From Eledone cirrhosa (Eukaryota), in contig OZ024743.1 in assembly GCA_964016885.1 (NCBI GenBank), forward strand, positions 246,636,001-246,700,000: a stretch of 64,000 nucleotides of DNA, in the 5' to 3' direction. Every line of letters starts with the position of its first letter. The stretch's first letter is position 1. Both the position numbers and the translations under genes were made by a program. Of this stretch, positions 50,485-63,224 are shown in pieces. The notes beneath the pieces are model-generated. The model did no database searches. It was not told the origin of the DNA and saw only the letters and a list, made by a program, of their open reading frames with translations.

Positions 50485-50886
50485 GGAAGCTGCGGAGTGG
50501 AGAGACCCAAGAAGACCTGTGATGAGGTGATAAAAGCCGACCTTACCCAATTGCACCTCTCAAGGGCGATAACACACGACCTTGACCTCTGGCATCACGC
50601 AGTAATACAGAACACCCGACTTCCCACGGGTACAAGCCGAAGCTGAAGCATATAGACAATATGCCCCCACCCCTTCCCACTGCAAAGTGGTTGTGGAGGT
50701 GCCACGGAAAAAAAGCACCCAGCACTCACTGTAAATGAGGTTGGTGTTAGAAAAGGCATCCAGTTGTAGAAATCAAGCCAGAATCAGTTTCCGTATGAGC
50801 AAGACAAGGTCAGCCGACTGGACACTGCCCGCAAAAAGAGAACAACCCGTCTAACCCATGCTAGCATGGAAGAACGGACGTAAAAC
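50485..50886 (+). mobile_element. 5'-truncated RTE-A 3' end
   Basis: Matches 8745-9177; meets the opposite-strand RTE-B tail to tail. Confidence 0.88.
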
Positions 50887-52997
50887 TTTCCACACTAGCA
50901 TGGGTTAGACGGGAGTTGTCCTACTTGAGGCAAGGTTGGTCGGGTGACCGTGTCTTGCTCATTTAGGACTATCTGGCAGGTTTTCTACGGCTGGATGCCC
51001 TTCCTAACACCAACCACATTTACAGTGTGGAACTGGGAACTTTTTACCGTGTTACCTACACGGCCACATTACAGCGTGGACTGTGTGTTTTTTTCTCGTG
51101 ACACCTACACGATCTCGATCACATTTATCTCATTTATTTGGACTGGATGTTGTGGTACCAACTTTATTGAGAGAGGGTGGTATTGGTGGGAGTGGGAGGA
51201 TAGGGTAGGGGTGGTGGATTGGGGTGTATATTTGGTTAAGAGGTGCCTACTGACTGTAGGTTTCGCTTTGTACATAGGCAAGGCGGGTCTTCTGTATTAC
51301 TGCGTAGCGCCAAAGATCTCGGTCCAGTGACATTGTCTTAGAGAGGTGCAAGTGTGTAAGGTCAGAATTTATCAGATCATCCCAGGGATTTCTGGGTCTA
51401 CCTACTCCGTAACTACCATCAATTTTGATCGGCCTGCACTTTTTTATACAGCTGTCGTCTTTCATGCGCATCACGTGGCCATACCAACGTAGTCTTCTCT
51501 TGAGTAAACAGCATCTGATCCCTCTTATTCCTAATTTCTCACTTAGTTCATTTAGTTTTGCCGTTCACGTATATTACTATTACACATCCATCACACGACC
51601 GTGACTTCTGGCGTCACGCAGTAATACAGGGTACCCGACCTCCCATGGGTACATGCTGAAGCATATAAACAATATGCCCCCACTCCCCCCACCGCAAGGT
51701 GGTCGTGGAGGTGCCACGGCAAAAAAGCACCCAGCGCACACTGTAAAGTGGACGTGTAGGCGCCACGAAAAAGCACCCAGCACTCACTGTAAATGAGGTT
51801 GGTGTTAGGAAGGGCATCCAGCTGTAGAAATCAAGCCAGATCAGTTCCTGTATGAGCAAGGCATGGTCAGCCGACCAGACACTGCCCACAACAGGACAAC
51901 CCGTCTAACCCATGCTAGCGTGGAAGAACGGACGTAAAACGGTGATGATGATGATGATGATGACATCCAATGGAGCATGCATGTTTCGTTTCTTTCCAGT
52001 CTACGCAGGTCCTCTGCACGCAATGCCCATGTTTCACTGCCATGTAGCATTGCTGTTCGTATACAGGCATACAATCTGCTTTTCATTTTTAGAGAGAAAC
52101 CTTTTGTGGCCAACAGCGGTATAAGCTCTCTGAACTTTTTCCATCCCGTTCTGACTCTGGCTACTGTACTTTCAGAACACCCTCCACCACTGTTGATTTC
52201 GTCACCCAGGTAACGGAAAGTGTCTACTATTTCTATAGAACCATCAATAGAAGGGGCTAGTATCCTGTGGACACTTGCTACCTATTGCACCTGAGCATCG
52301 GCCACATATAAAGTCTACGTTCTTAGATAGTTTACCTGTGATCCCACTACATCTTTTATGTACCCATACTTTGCATTTGGGACATAAAATTGAATTTCTG
52401 CCTACTCCTTTCCTACACACTGAGCAAGGCCATTTCCCTGAGGGTACCTGTGCCTTATTTTCCTTTCTACAAACTAGGACTTTAGTCTTAGACAAGTTAA
52501 CCTTAAGGCCTTTTGATTCTAGGCCATGCTTCCATGTTTGGAATTTCTTTTCTAGTTCAGCCATTGATTCAGCTATGAGCGTTAGATCATCTGCGTATAG
52601 GAGTTCCCATGGGCAGCCGGTCTTGAACTCCTCTGTTATAGCCTGAAGGGCAATAATAAATAGGAGGGGGCTAAGGACAGAGCCTTGGTGAACACCAACT
52701 TTTACACTAAATTCTTCACAATATTCATTGTTAATTCTAACCTTACTGACTGTTTCATTATACATAGCTTGTATAGCTCTCACAAGCCATTCATCTACAC
52801 CTAGTTTTCTAAGAGCCCACCAGATAATGGAGCGGGGCACTCTGTCAAAGGCTTTTTCCAGGTCTACAAAAGCTAAGTAGAGGGGTTTACTTTTAGCTAG
52901 GTACTTCTCTTGTAGTTGTCGTACAAGGAAAAGAGCGTCTGTGGTACTTTTACCTGACACAAACCCAAACTGCATTTCATCTAGATCAATTCGCTCA
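50887..52997 (-). mobile_element. 5'-truncated RTE subfamily B (RT + PHD), interrupted by a nested insertion
   Basis: ORF 52244-52975: QFGF, DLEKAFDRV, QGSVLSP, YADD, CSVC..CPKC..WVHKRC..CGRC; C-terminal fragments 51841-52113 and 51247-51474. Confidence 0.93.
51591..51962 (+). mobile_element. Young RTE-A 3' fragment nested in RTE-B with a 7-bp target-site duplication
   Basis: Nearly identical to 8828-9190; flanked by acatcca at 51584-51590 and 51963-51969. Confidence 0.93.
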
Positions 52998-53521
52998 TCA
53001 AGCTAATATTCTCCATAAAAACTGTGTTTTCATGTCTTATTTTAATTTTAATCTTAAACCCTATTTCTCATGAAGGACAGCCTATAATTTGCAAATGATT
53101 TTGAAAACAAGTAAGGATTTAGCAAGAATTAGTAATATAACTGACTTTCCCATTATTAAGCTGGTGTTTATAACATAATAAGGGTTACACTTTAAAATAA
53201 ATAGCTTTGAATCACAGAACTAAGAGAAGATAGTTACAGGCAGTTTGGAACTAGAAGGGTTAAAATAATAAAAACTGTTTCAAATATCAATCTTTTAGAC
53301 CCCCATCTCATCACTGGTATCTGTGGAATATCCTTCAAAAACATTATGCCCATCAATTAAAACTGAATAAAAGACATCAATGCAAAAACTTTTTTTAAAA
53401 TCACAGCAATGACTTACTGAAGAACTCAGGTTAAAGTAATGATGTAAAACAACTGTTGATTTGTGTGAAAATAAAGTAGTAAACAGAAGTGTATAACAGA
53501 ATGGAATACTAAGATGGCAGG

Positions 53522-53555
<34 letters not shown>

Positions 53556-54320
53556 TAGCATAGTACCTGTCAAAAATGTTCAGTTAAGGAGGGAAATGTA
53601 TCGTCAAAGCAGAGACCTTGTCCAAATGCTTACAATACAGTAGACACTGCTAAAGACACCCAAGAGCTAGGTGGTAGTGTTAAACAGGGTGACAGATTAT
53701 ATCTACCATCCAAGTGACCAGCACCAGCTGGAAGAAATAAATAGCACAAAGTATCTCATCCAATGTTCTAACAATTCCACCAATCCACAGTGCCAGATTG
53801 GTACTGTATCTTATCCACTCAAAAAGAGGAAAGGTAAAAATTGACTACAACAGGATTTGTACCCAGAGAGCTATTGTTCAGAAATTCCATCTGTACATAC
53901 ATGGTCACATCTATATACACCTAAATATACACACACTCCACCGCTGCTGCTACTAATACTACTACTATTATGGATGTGCAACTTTGTACAATATATGAAT
54001 TTGCATCCAGAGAGCAGACAGCTGAAACAAATTCCACAAGGAAATTTTTTTCCTGAGCTCCAATGACTCAGCCATTACGACGGAATGATGAATTCAGGAA
54101 TTGAACACACAACCTTATGATTATGACCTCAACACCCAAACCACTAGGCCACCCTAACTAATGAAAGTCTTGGCAAACTCATATTTTTTTCTAAGGACAG
54201 AAGAACAAATGAGTTTACCAAGACTATGGTATTGTTTCAACATATTTTTACAAGATATTAAAGCATACTACAAGATATTAAAGCATACTTAAAAGAACTA
54301 ATAAAGTCAAAGATACTCAC

Positions 54321-54389
54321 TTTTTGACCTATATCTTCATCCATATCCATCACCCAAGACCGTGCATTATATACAGCTTTTGATGGAGA
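54321..54389 (-). CDS. Small internal coding exon (23 codons, SPSKAVYNARSWVMDMDEDIGQK), probably the same gene as 746-979
   Basis: Minus strand ...aaattttatttcag|TCTCCA...CAAAAA|gtgagt; 69 nt; only the phase-0 frame is open, compatible with the phase-0 exon at 979. Confidence 0.7.
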
Positions 54390-55762
54390 CTGAAATAAAA
54401 TTTAAGAAATACAACCTTGATTAAAGAGAAAACAATAGGCAAAATATACTGACTAGAAAATTATATAATCTACTGATAAATAAAAATAGTAAAATATATA
54501 TACACTAACATTGAATGTATTTAGGATTGGTAAGCTAATACCAGGATTACTATATATATGAACAATCATACAATCTGGGGAATTTGCTCTTTGATAAATA
54601 AGTGGTTTGCATAAGAGAAACACTGTTATGTTGATTACAGACACGTGGAAGCTATTAAGAATAAGATGTTTTAATTTATTTCTAGGATAAACAGTATATA
54701 CTCAAATATGAGTAAAGAAATATGTGACCAAACAATTGATGGTAAAATGGAGGGGAGGGGTCAATATTTTGATGATTATCACCAATTTCAAATTCTATGT
54801 AAATAAAGTGTTAAAATATCTAGAGTTATTATTTCCAACGAAACACTTTTTTTTATATTTACTACATCACTGTTGGTGTTATTAATGCATTCCTTTGAAA
54901 ATATTCCAACAAATTTTTATAATTTGAACTTTTTACATTAATATCCCATTCACACACATACACATGTGCCACACACACATGTATTTATCTGACAATATTT
55001 TTTTCTTTCAATCTTACTTCTGATTTTATTTTATTGCTATTGCTCTTCCTTCTCATTCTTGTCCTCTTTTTTTTCTCTCTGCCTCTCCTCCCTCTTCTAC
55101 TCTATGAATCCCTATAGAAAGTTCTCTATTCAACCTCTTGCTTTTGCAAGGCCAGAAGTAAACAACATTTCAAGGAACTTGTTGAAACCTAATGTAATGG
55201 AAACATTATGTAATGGAGCTGTGAAAAAAAACTATACTCTAAACGATACTTAAAATATTTAAAACTTCCTAAATATATCTCATACTCATGAGAAATTTAA
55301 AACCATGCAAACTAAACATGTATTGATTAGTTGCCTCAGCTTATAAATGGGGATGATTTTTGCCCATTTCTCAAACATAAAAGGGAGTCAGCTTATATTT
55401 GAGCATATACTGTAATTACATAAATGTTCTGTATGTATATACAAATGACAAACAGAATTAAATGTATGAGTAACTTTGAAGAAATACCAATACCAAGGAC
55501 AAGTGTAATGTTAGAAGCCAGGACATTGTGTGTAGGTGTAAATTTTAAAGAGTTATAGATATATACAAATGAATATACACACATGGTGTATAATAATAAT
55601 AATAATAATATGTGTGTGTGTGTATGCAAAAAAGTAAACGGAAACAACAAAGCAAATAATACAGTACAATGAAGAAATATATTAGTTTAATGCTTGATAT
55701 AGTAGGAAAAGATTCTTTACGTTTTGGACACTAATACATCACACATATATACACATTATATA

Positions 55763-56690
55763 TGAGGGTAATCCCAAAAGTAAGGTCTCCAAAGCGATGG
55801 GAACGAAGAGAAACTGTTCGTACGGCTGTTGGCAACACTGTTGTGATTGGTGCTTCCTTCACTCCCAAACAAGCATGCGCGTGCTTTGCTGGGATGCTCA
55901 ATCTTGGCTTGGCAGCCGTTGAGAATGGAGCTCCTGTTGAACGCTATCGCCAAGTGTGAAGTTCGCACAGTCGTTCGGTTTTTGAACGCAAAAGGCGTTG
56001 AACCGATTGAAATTCATCGCCAATTGACGGAAGTGTATGGATGTCAAAAACGTTCGCAAGTGGTGTAGAGAGTTTACAGTCGGTCGTACTGAAATTCCCG
56101 ATGAACAAAGGAGCGGGAGACCGTCAATTTCCGATGAGACAGTTGCAAAGGTTGAGGAAAACATGCGTAAAGATCGGCGGATCACTCTGGATGCTCTCTG
56201 CATTTTAGTTCCTGAGGTTTCCCGAAGCACCATCCACAGGATTTTAACGGAAAAGTGCAATATCGAAAGGTGTGCGCAAGATGGGTGCCACGAATGCTGA
56301 CAGAAGACCACAAACGGCAACGAGTTGATTCTTCCCGCAAATTTTGGTTGGAACATCATCACCCACCCACCCACCCTATAGTCCAAACTTGGCACCCAGT
56401 GACTACCACCTGTTCCCTAAGTTGAAAGAACATTTGGCCGGAAGGCGATTCTGCTCCGACGAAGAGGTGAAAGATGAGGTTCAATGCTTCCTGGAGGACA
56501 TGGTGGCGAGCTGGTATGACATGGGCATACAAAACTGCCACAGCGTCTACAAAAATGCATCGACCGAAATGGCGATTATGTAGAAAAATAAATAATTGTT
56601 CAACCTTTAAAATGATGTAAATATTATAGAAAATAAATGGTTGTTTGTATTTCTAAAAAAAAGGAGGCCTTACTTTTGGGATTGCTCTCG
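55763..56690 (+). mobile_element. Internally deleted mariner transposon
   Basis: TA|tgagggtaatcccaaaagtaaggtctcc ... ggaggccttacttttgggattgctctcg|TA; EVRTVVRFL, DEQRSGRPS, KVCARWVPRML, HPPYSPNLAPSDYHLF; catalytic middle region deleted. Confidence 0.93.
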
Positions 56691-57150
56691 TATATATATA
56701 TAATGTGTCTGTGAATGCACTTGGAAGGAGGAACAAGAAAGATAAAATGAATGAAAAAATACCCATATAGCAATAATAAAGAGAAAGTTCTAGATTATAT
56801 TCAAATATAATTAGGATGACTAAAACCATAACAGAAACAACATCCACAGCCACCACCACCACAACCAACAATAACAACAGCAACAATATTTGATGTTGAA
56901 ATGGGAGGAAACTACATTTGGCAGCAGCATGTGAGATGCATGAGCAGAATAATGGCACAATTTATAACGTCAATGTAAATATATAATTGGATATTGAGTA
57001 ATGCATTTGAGAAAAAGCCCCCAATACTGAAAGATGAAATAGCTATCATGTGATTTAATACATTATCTCTGATCACCAATTCTATAAGCCCTAATGTAAT
57101 TGCAATGGTGTCAACCTGAAATATGGCATATCTCCGGCATTTGAAACATG

Positions 57151-57196
<46 letters not shown>

Positions 57197-57329
57197 GGAC
57201 TATAAAATCCCAGAAAGGATGAAGGGCAAAGTTGGCATCAGTAAGATTTGAACTGTGAGTGCACAAGGCCAGAATGTATACAGGAGGATCATCCAATCTG
57301 ACACCACAACGGGAGGAAACATAATCATA

Positions 57330-57369
57330 TCACTGATGATGTCACAGGTGTGTGATGAAAGAACTCTGA
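57330..57369 (+). ncRNA. Minimal type-I hammerhead motif, same family as 42497-42539
   Basis: tca-CTGATGA-T-gtcaca ggtg tgtgat-GAAA-gaac-TC-tga; downstream catgaccctcccc..at.taacaatat is shared with 42636-42662. Confidence 0.6.
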
Positions 57370-57769
57370 GAGAATATATTTGTATCTATATTTTTAATTG
57401 TTGGTCAATCAATGATAAAAAATTGATTGCCAGCTGAATTAATTATAGAAATATACAATATACTGAAGCAAAAACTAACCCAAACCAAACAGTGAGTGTG
57501 TTTTATTATATATTTCTGGCAATATTATAATAACATGACCCTCCCCAAATATAACAATATTTTATTTACTTTCAATGGATGACTGAATGCAATGACCTTG
57601 AAAGAATGAATGGTAAAGTTGGCAATGACCTTGAAAGAATGAACGGTAAAGTTGGCAATGGTAAGATTTGAACTGAGAATGCAGAGAGCCAGAATGAAAC
57701 ATCCAATCCCCTAATGACTCAATCAATTTGATACCTAGCACATTATTTATTACAATTTATTTACAAAGG

Positions 57770-57930
57770 GTGGTAGATTGATAGTATCGTCAGACTATGC
57801 TTTGCAGCATAGAGTTGTGGCCTTTTAAGCTGAGATTAACTTTGCCTTTCATCCTTACAGGGTTGATAAAATAAAGCACCAGTAATGCACTGGAGTAATT
57901 GCTGGCCTTGTGCCCAAAGTAGAAACAATT
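57770..57930 (+). mobile_element. Nin/Deu-domain SINE, decayed
   Basis: ttaactttgcctttcatccttacagggttgataaaataaagcaccagtaatgcactgg...gctggccttgtgcccaaagtagaaacaatt. Confidence 0.75.
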
Positions 57931-59272
57931 ATTACAATTAATCTAAGAAGTGTTTATGTTCACTGACTGGCAAAACTATAAAAAAGAAAAAGAGATTTAA
58001 CTGGGCAACTAAACTGATATTTCAAATGAAAATAAAATAAAATTTTTAGCTCACACCCATGCAGGTTTGGCTGGCCTTCTATGAGGTCACATCTCATAAG
58101 AGGTTTCTCAAGTGTTTTAATGATATGGGCCAGTCTTATGATGAAAAGGAACATGAAATGGAAAGTCTTGCTCAAGAACACAATGCCCCACCTGGTCCAG
58201 GAATCAAACTCATGACCATATGATTGTGATTTCAATACCCTAATCACTAGATAATGCGCCCTCACTAATTGATTTTGTAAAAGTATGGTAAAGTAAGGGA
58301 GATACTAATTAATTAAAACTCTTATATATCCCTCCTCCCACTGCCACTTTTAAAGCCTGGATCTTCTTTATAATCCATGTCTGTACAGTCAAATGATATA
58401 TAAATAAAAATATGGTGTTTTCAATAAATGTTCTACTTTTTATTCCCTCAAAGATTTTTGTTTCTAAAAAAAAAAAAAAAAATCCTTAAAAAAAGTAAAA
58501 AAAGTGAAGAAACAAAACCTACTACAAAAACCTTAGTAAAAAAAAAAATAAAAAAGTGATTTCCCTTTTAAGATAAGTATTTTTATTGCATATTTGGAAT
58601 ATTAAAGAGAGCGGGGGGAGGGGGAGAGAGATATCAGATCTATTTTTAGCAAGAAACTATATCAAACTATACAATAAAGACATAAATATAAAGGTATCAA
58701 ATGGAGAAAAAATATCTTTGTACAACATTATGAAACGTCTTTCCACGCAGCCAACCAATAAAGAGTGAGTGTGTTTGTGTGAGGGTGGGAGGGGGTTAGA
58801 AACAAAATAAAAATCAATGATGCTTCAAAATGATGAATGCCAGAAAGAATATATTCCCTCATTTTACTACTTTTTTGTGTTCTCAGTGAACAGAATGGAG
58901 AGCTTTGTTGTATAAGATATAGTTTGTTGAACAGATTCTGTGAAGCGGTTACACAATTATTGACTATTTCCTGACAGTTACTATCTTATGTGTTGTTATT
59001 GTTACTAAACCAATTGTTTTACAAACGGAATAAGTAATATTTGTTTTCTTAACCAAACTTTAACAAAGCAATGCTTCTGGATTATATATAATCATTATTT
59101 ACCATCCGTTCTCCCTGCTAGCAAAAGTTGGATGGGCTGTCACAGACCAAGTCAGTACTTAGCCAGAGACACTAATCTCTCAGATGGGTTGAGGGTTTGT
59201 ATCCCTCTTACCTGAACTCTACAGAGTGTACTGAGTGCATTTTATCATGCAAATAGCTCTCGTGAGTTTGTC

Positions 59273-59343
59273 ATGTCTTTGTCACAACTAAAAAGTACTC
59301 TCATATTATATATGAGAGTACTTTTTAGTTGTGACAAAGACAT
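59273..59343. repeat. Perfect palindrome, 34-bp arms with a 3-nt loop
   Basis: atgtctttgtcacaactaaaaagtactctcatat-tat-atatgagagtactttttagttgtgacaaagacat. Confidence 0.9.
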
Positions 59344-59349
59344 TGTTAT

Positions 59350-59387
<38 letters not shown>

Positions 59388-59391
<4 letters not shown>

Positions 59392-60304
59392 GTGTGTCAG
59401 AAAAGTTCCAGGACTGATGTCACAAAAGATTTATTTCAAACCCAAACTTCACACTAAGAGTTTTCTCCTTCAAAGTAATCCCCCTGGAGTATGTAACTGT
59501 AATCTTAGCTCTCTGCAGCGATCAAACTTTTTTCTTCATAATTTTATATACATGTCCTCTGTTTCAGGTCGTCAAGCAATGAGCACAAAGCAACGAACAA
59601 ACTTGAAGTTTCTGGTACGGTTGGGGAAAACTCCGTTAGAAGGACTGGGATTGCTGCAGCAAGTGTATGGAGATGAGACGATGTCACGCTCACGTGTTTT
59701 TGAGTGGTGCAAGAGGTTTAAAGAAGGACGCGAAGACGTGGAAGATGACCCCAGGAGCGGAAGGCCCTCAACAACCAGGACTGAGGTCAACGTTGAGCGC
59801 ATCAGGCAGATGGTGCGTAGCAATCGTCGGCTGACTGTTCGACTGATGGTAAATGAGCTGGGCATGAATAGGGACAGTGTCTGGAAGATTCTCACTGAAG
59901 ATTTGGACATACAGAAAGTCTGAACGAAGATGGTGCCAAAACTGCTGAACGATGACCAGAAGGGTCGACGCATGCAAGTGTGCCAGGACATCCGCGAGCG
60001 TCTTGAAACCGAACCAGACTTGCTAGGGACAGTCATCACCAGTGATGAGTCATGGATCTTCGAGTACAACCCGGAGGGGACCCGTTTTGAAGACATGGAC
60101 GACATCAAATAGGCCGTGACGACGGAACTGCAGAGGATTCCGGAAGAATCCTTCCAGGAGTGCATGCAAGCGTGGCAGAAAAGGATGGAAAAGTGCATTA
60201 GACTCCAGGGGGATTACTTTGAAGGAGAAAACTCTTGGTGTGAAGTTTGGATTTGAAATAAATCTTTTGTGACATCAGTCCTGGAACTTTTCTGACACAC
60301 CTCG
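59388..60304 (+). mobile_element. Internally deleted mariner with 103-bp terminal inverted repeats
   Basis: TA-flanked; 59388-59490 is the reverse complement of 60202-60304 (about 3 mismatches); QRTNLKFLVRLGK, DDPRSGRPST, KMVPKLL, ITSDESWIFEY, GDYFEG. Confidence 0.93.
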
Positions 60305-61094
60305 TATATATATATTTGTAATAAGGTTGCTCGGATGCGTCTATAGGCGGTATACCGGTTGAGCACTCTATGCTCCTTCGGCGTAGAGTATGATAATATG
60401 GAAAACGAAGAATCAGTGATGCATCGGTGAACACAATTTATTACATATTACAATTGTTTCTCCGGTGAACAGCTCGAGGTGTGATCTGTTTGCGGATCGA
60501 ACCTGACTCTGGATTTGCAGATTCCGCAGATACGTCTAGTGATTTCGAAGCAAATCCTCTTTCTGCTGGACTCCAACCCTTCGATTTTCTATCATCTGCC
60601 ATCATTCTGTTTGCGCGGCATTTTGATTGGTTGATAGTTCGAGACGTCATCTTTATGTGTGACCATTTCCATTCAAGCGTGAGCTGCCACTCACCCTAAT
60701 CCCGTTGCCAGAAATTACTGCTGTGTGTAGGATAGGTGTTATGAACTCTCTTGCCCTTCCCTGTCTTGCCCGGCTCCCTACACATATACACCCACACACA
60801 CGTGTGCTCACACATATACAGACATTCCGAGCCATTACTCACACACTTATCTGTGAGGACATACACACATAGAGTTTGCGTGTTTGCGTTCACACCTGTA
60901 CATACCTATATTCACCTCTCATATATAGGTACATTCATACACAGACATACACACACACGTACACATAAAGGACCCACATATACACATATAATCTATCCAT
61001 AGTCACATATATCTATATATACACACATATATATGTGTGTATACACACACACACACATGAACACACACGTGTGTACATATACATACACCCACGA

Positions 61095-63144
61095 TATTGA
61101 TAAGAAGATAGCCTGGAAGTGTCACTATTAGAGACTATTAAATGAGGAGAATAAATGGGAAAAAGATAGTCTGCCCCAAATCGATCCAATAGAAGGACCA
61201 GCGGTGCAAGTTAAAGGTAGTAAGTAAGGCAATCAAAGATATGAAGACAGGCAAGGCAGCTGGGCCTTCGGATATAGTTGCTGAGATATTGAAGGCATCG
61301 GGAATGGTCGGACATACTATGGTCACCCGTATAGTTAACCAAGTCATACAGAATGGGGTCAAACCAAAAGACTGGCGTAGCAACATCATCATTAACTGCT
61401 ACAAGGGTAAAGGGGATGCTCTAGATAGGGGAAACTATAGAGGCATTAAGTTAGTTGACCAGGTCATGAAGGTCACAGAAAGAGTTATAGCGCAACTAAT
61501 CAGAGAGTGAATTGATCTAGATGAAATGCAGTTTGGGTTTGTGTCAGGTAAAAGTACCACGGACGCTCTTTTCCTTGTATAACAACTACAAGAGAAGTAC
61601 CTAGCTAAAAGTAAACCCCTCTACTTAGCTTTTGTAGACCTGGATAAAGCTTTTGGCAGAGTCCCTCGCTCCATTATCTCGTGGGCTCTTAGAAAACTAG
61701 GTGTAGATGAATGGCTTGTGAGAGCTATACAAGCTATGTATAAAGAAACAGTCAGTAAGGTTAGAATGAATATTGTGAAGAATTTAGTGTAAAAGTTGGC
61801 GTTCATTAAGGCTCTGTCCTTAGCCTCCTCTTATTTATTATTGCCCTTCAGGCTATAACAGTTCAAGACCGGCTGCCCATGGGAACTCCTATACGCAGAT
61901 GATCTAACATTTATAGCTGAAAAATGGATGGAACTAGAGAAGCATGGCCTAGAATCAAAAGGCCTTAAAGTTAACTTGTCTAAGACTAAAGTTCTAGTTT
62001 GTAGAAAGGAAAATAGGGCACAGGTGCCCTCAGGGAAATGGTCATGCTCAGTGTGTAGGAAAGGAGTAGGCAGAAATTCAATTTTATGTCCCAAATGCAA
62101 AGTATGGGTACATAAAAGATGTAGTGGGATCACAGGTAAACTATGTAAGAACGTAGACTTTATATGTGGCCAATGCTCAGGTGCAATAAGTAGCAAGTGT
62201 CCACAGGATACTAGCTCCTATTACCCAGATGGTTCTATAGAAATAGTAGACACTTTCCGTTACCTGGGTGACGAAATCAGCAGTGGTGGAGGGTGTTCTG
62301 AAAGTACAGTAGCCAGAGTCAGAACGGGATGGAAAAAGTTCAGAGAGCTTATACCGCTGTTGGCCACAAAAGGTTTCTCTCTAAAAATGAAAGGCAGATT
62401 GTATGATGCCTGTATACGAACAGCAATGCTACATGGCAGTGAGACATGGGCATTACGTACAGAGGAGCTGCGTAGACTGGAAAGGAACGAAGCATGCATG
62501 CTCTGTTGGATGTGTAATAGTAATATACGTGAACGGCAAAGCATAAATTAACTAAATGAGAAATTAGGAATAAGAGGGAACAGATGCTGTTTACTTGAGA
62601 GAAGACTATGTTGGTATGGTCACGTGATGCGCATGAAAGACGACAGCTGCATAAAAAAGTGCAGGGCGATCAAAATTGATGGTAGTTACGAAGTAGGCAG
62701 ACCCAGAAAAACCTGGGACGATTTGATAAATTCCGACCTTACACACTTACATCTCTCTAAGACAATGTCTCTGGACCGAGATCTTTGGCGCTACGCAGTA
62801 ATACAGAAGACCCGCCTTACCTATGTACAAAGCGAAACCTAGTCAGTAGGCACCTCTAACAAAAATACACCCCATCCACTACCCCTACCCTCTCCTCCCA
62901 CTCCCACCAACAGCACGAGAAAATGAGATCGAGATCGTGTAGGTCTCACGGTAAAATGTTCACAGTTCCACACTGTAAATGTGGTTGGTCTTAGGAAGGG
63001 CATCCAGCCATAGAAAACCTGCCAGATAATCCTACATGAGCGAGACACGGTCACCCAACCAGCCTTGCTTCAAGTAGGACAACTCCCGTCTAACCCATGC
63101 TAGCGTGGAAAATACACGTTAAACGAAGATGATGATGATGATGA

Positions 63145-63147
<3 letters not shown>
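61095..63147 (+). mobile_element. 5'-truncated, decayed RTE subfamily B (RT + PHD)
   Basis: GKAAGPS, GNYRGIKL, QFGF, YADD, PHD-like SCSVC..CPKC..WVHKRC..CGQC, FRYLG; 3' UTR and (GAT)n tail. Confidence 0.93.

Positions 63148-63224
<77 letters not shown>

Noticed and set aside
53295-53370. Extra minus-strand exon (VLIDGHNVFEGYSTDTSDEMGV*)
   Set aside because: Its acceptor needs phase 1; spliced to the phase-0 exon at 54321 it stops at once; no clear donor
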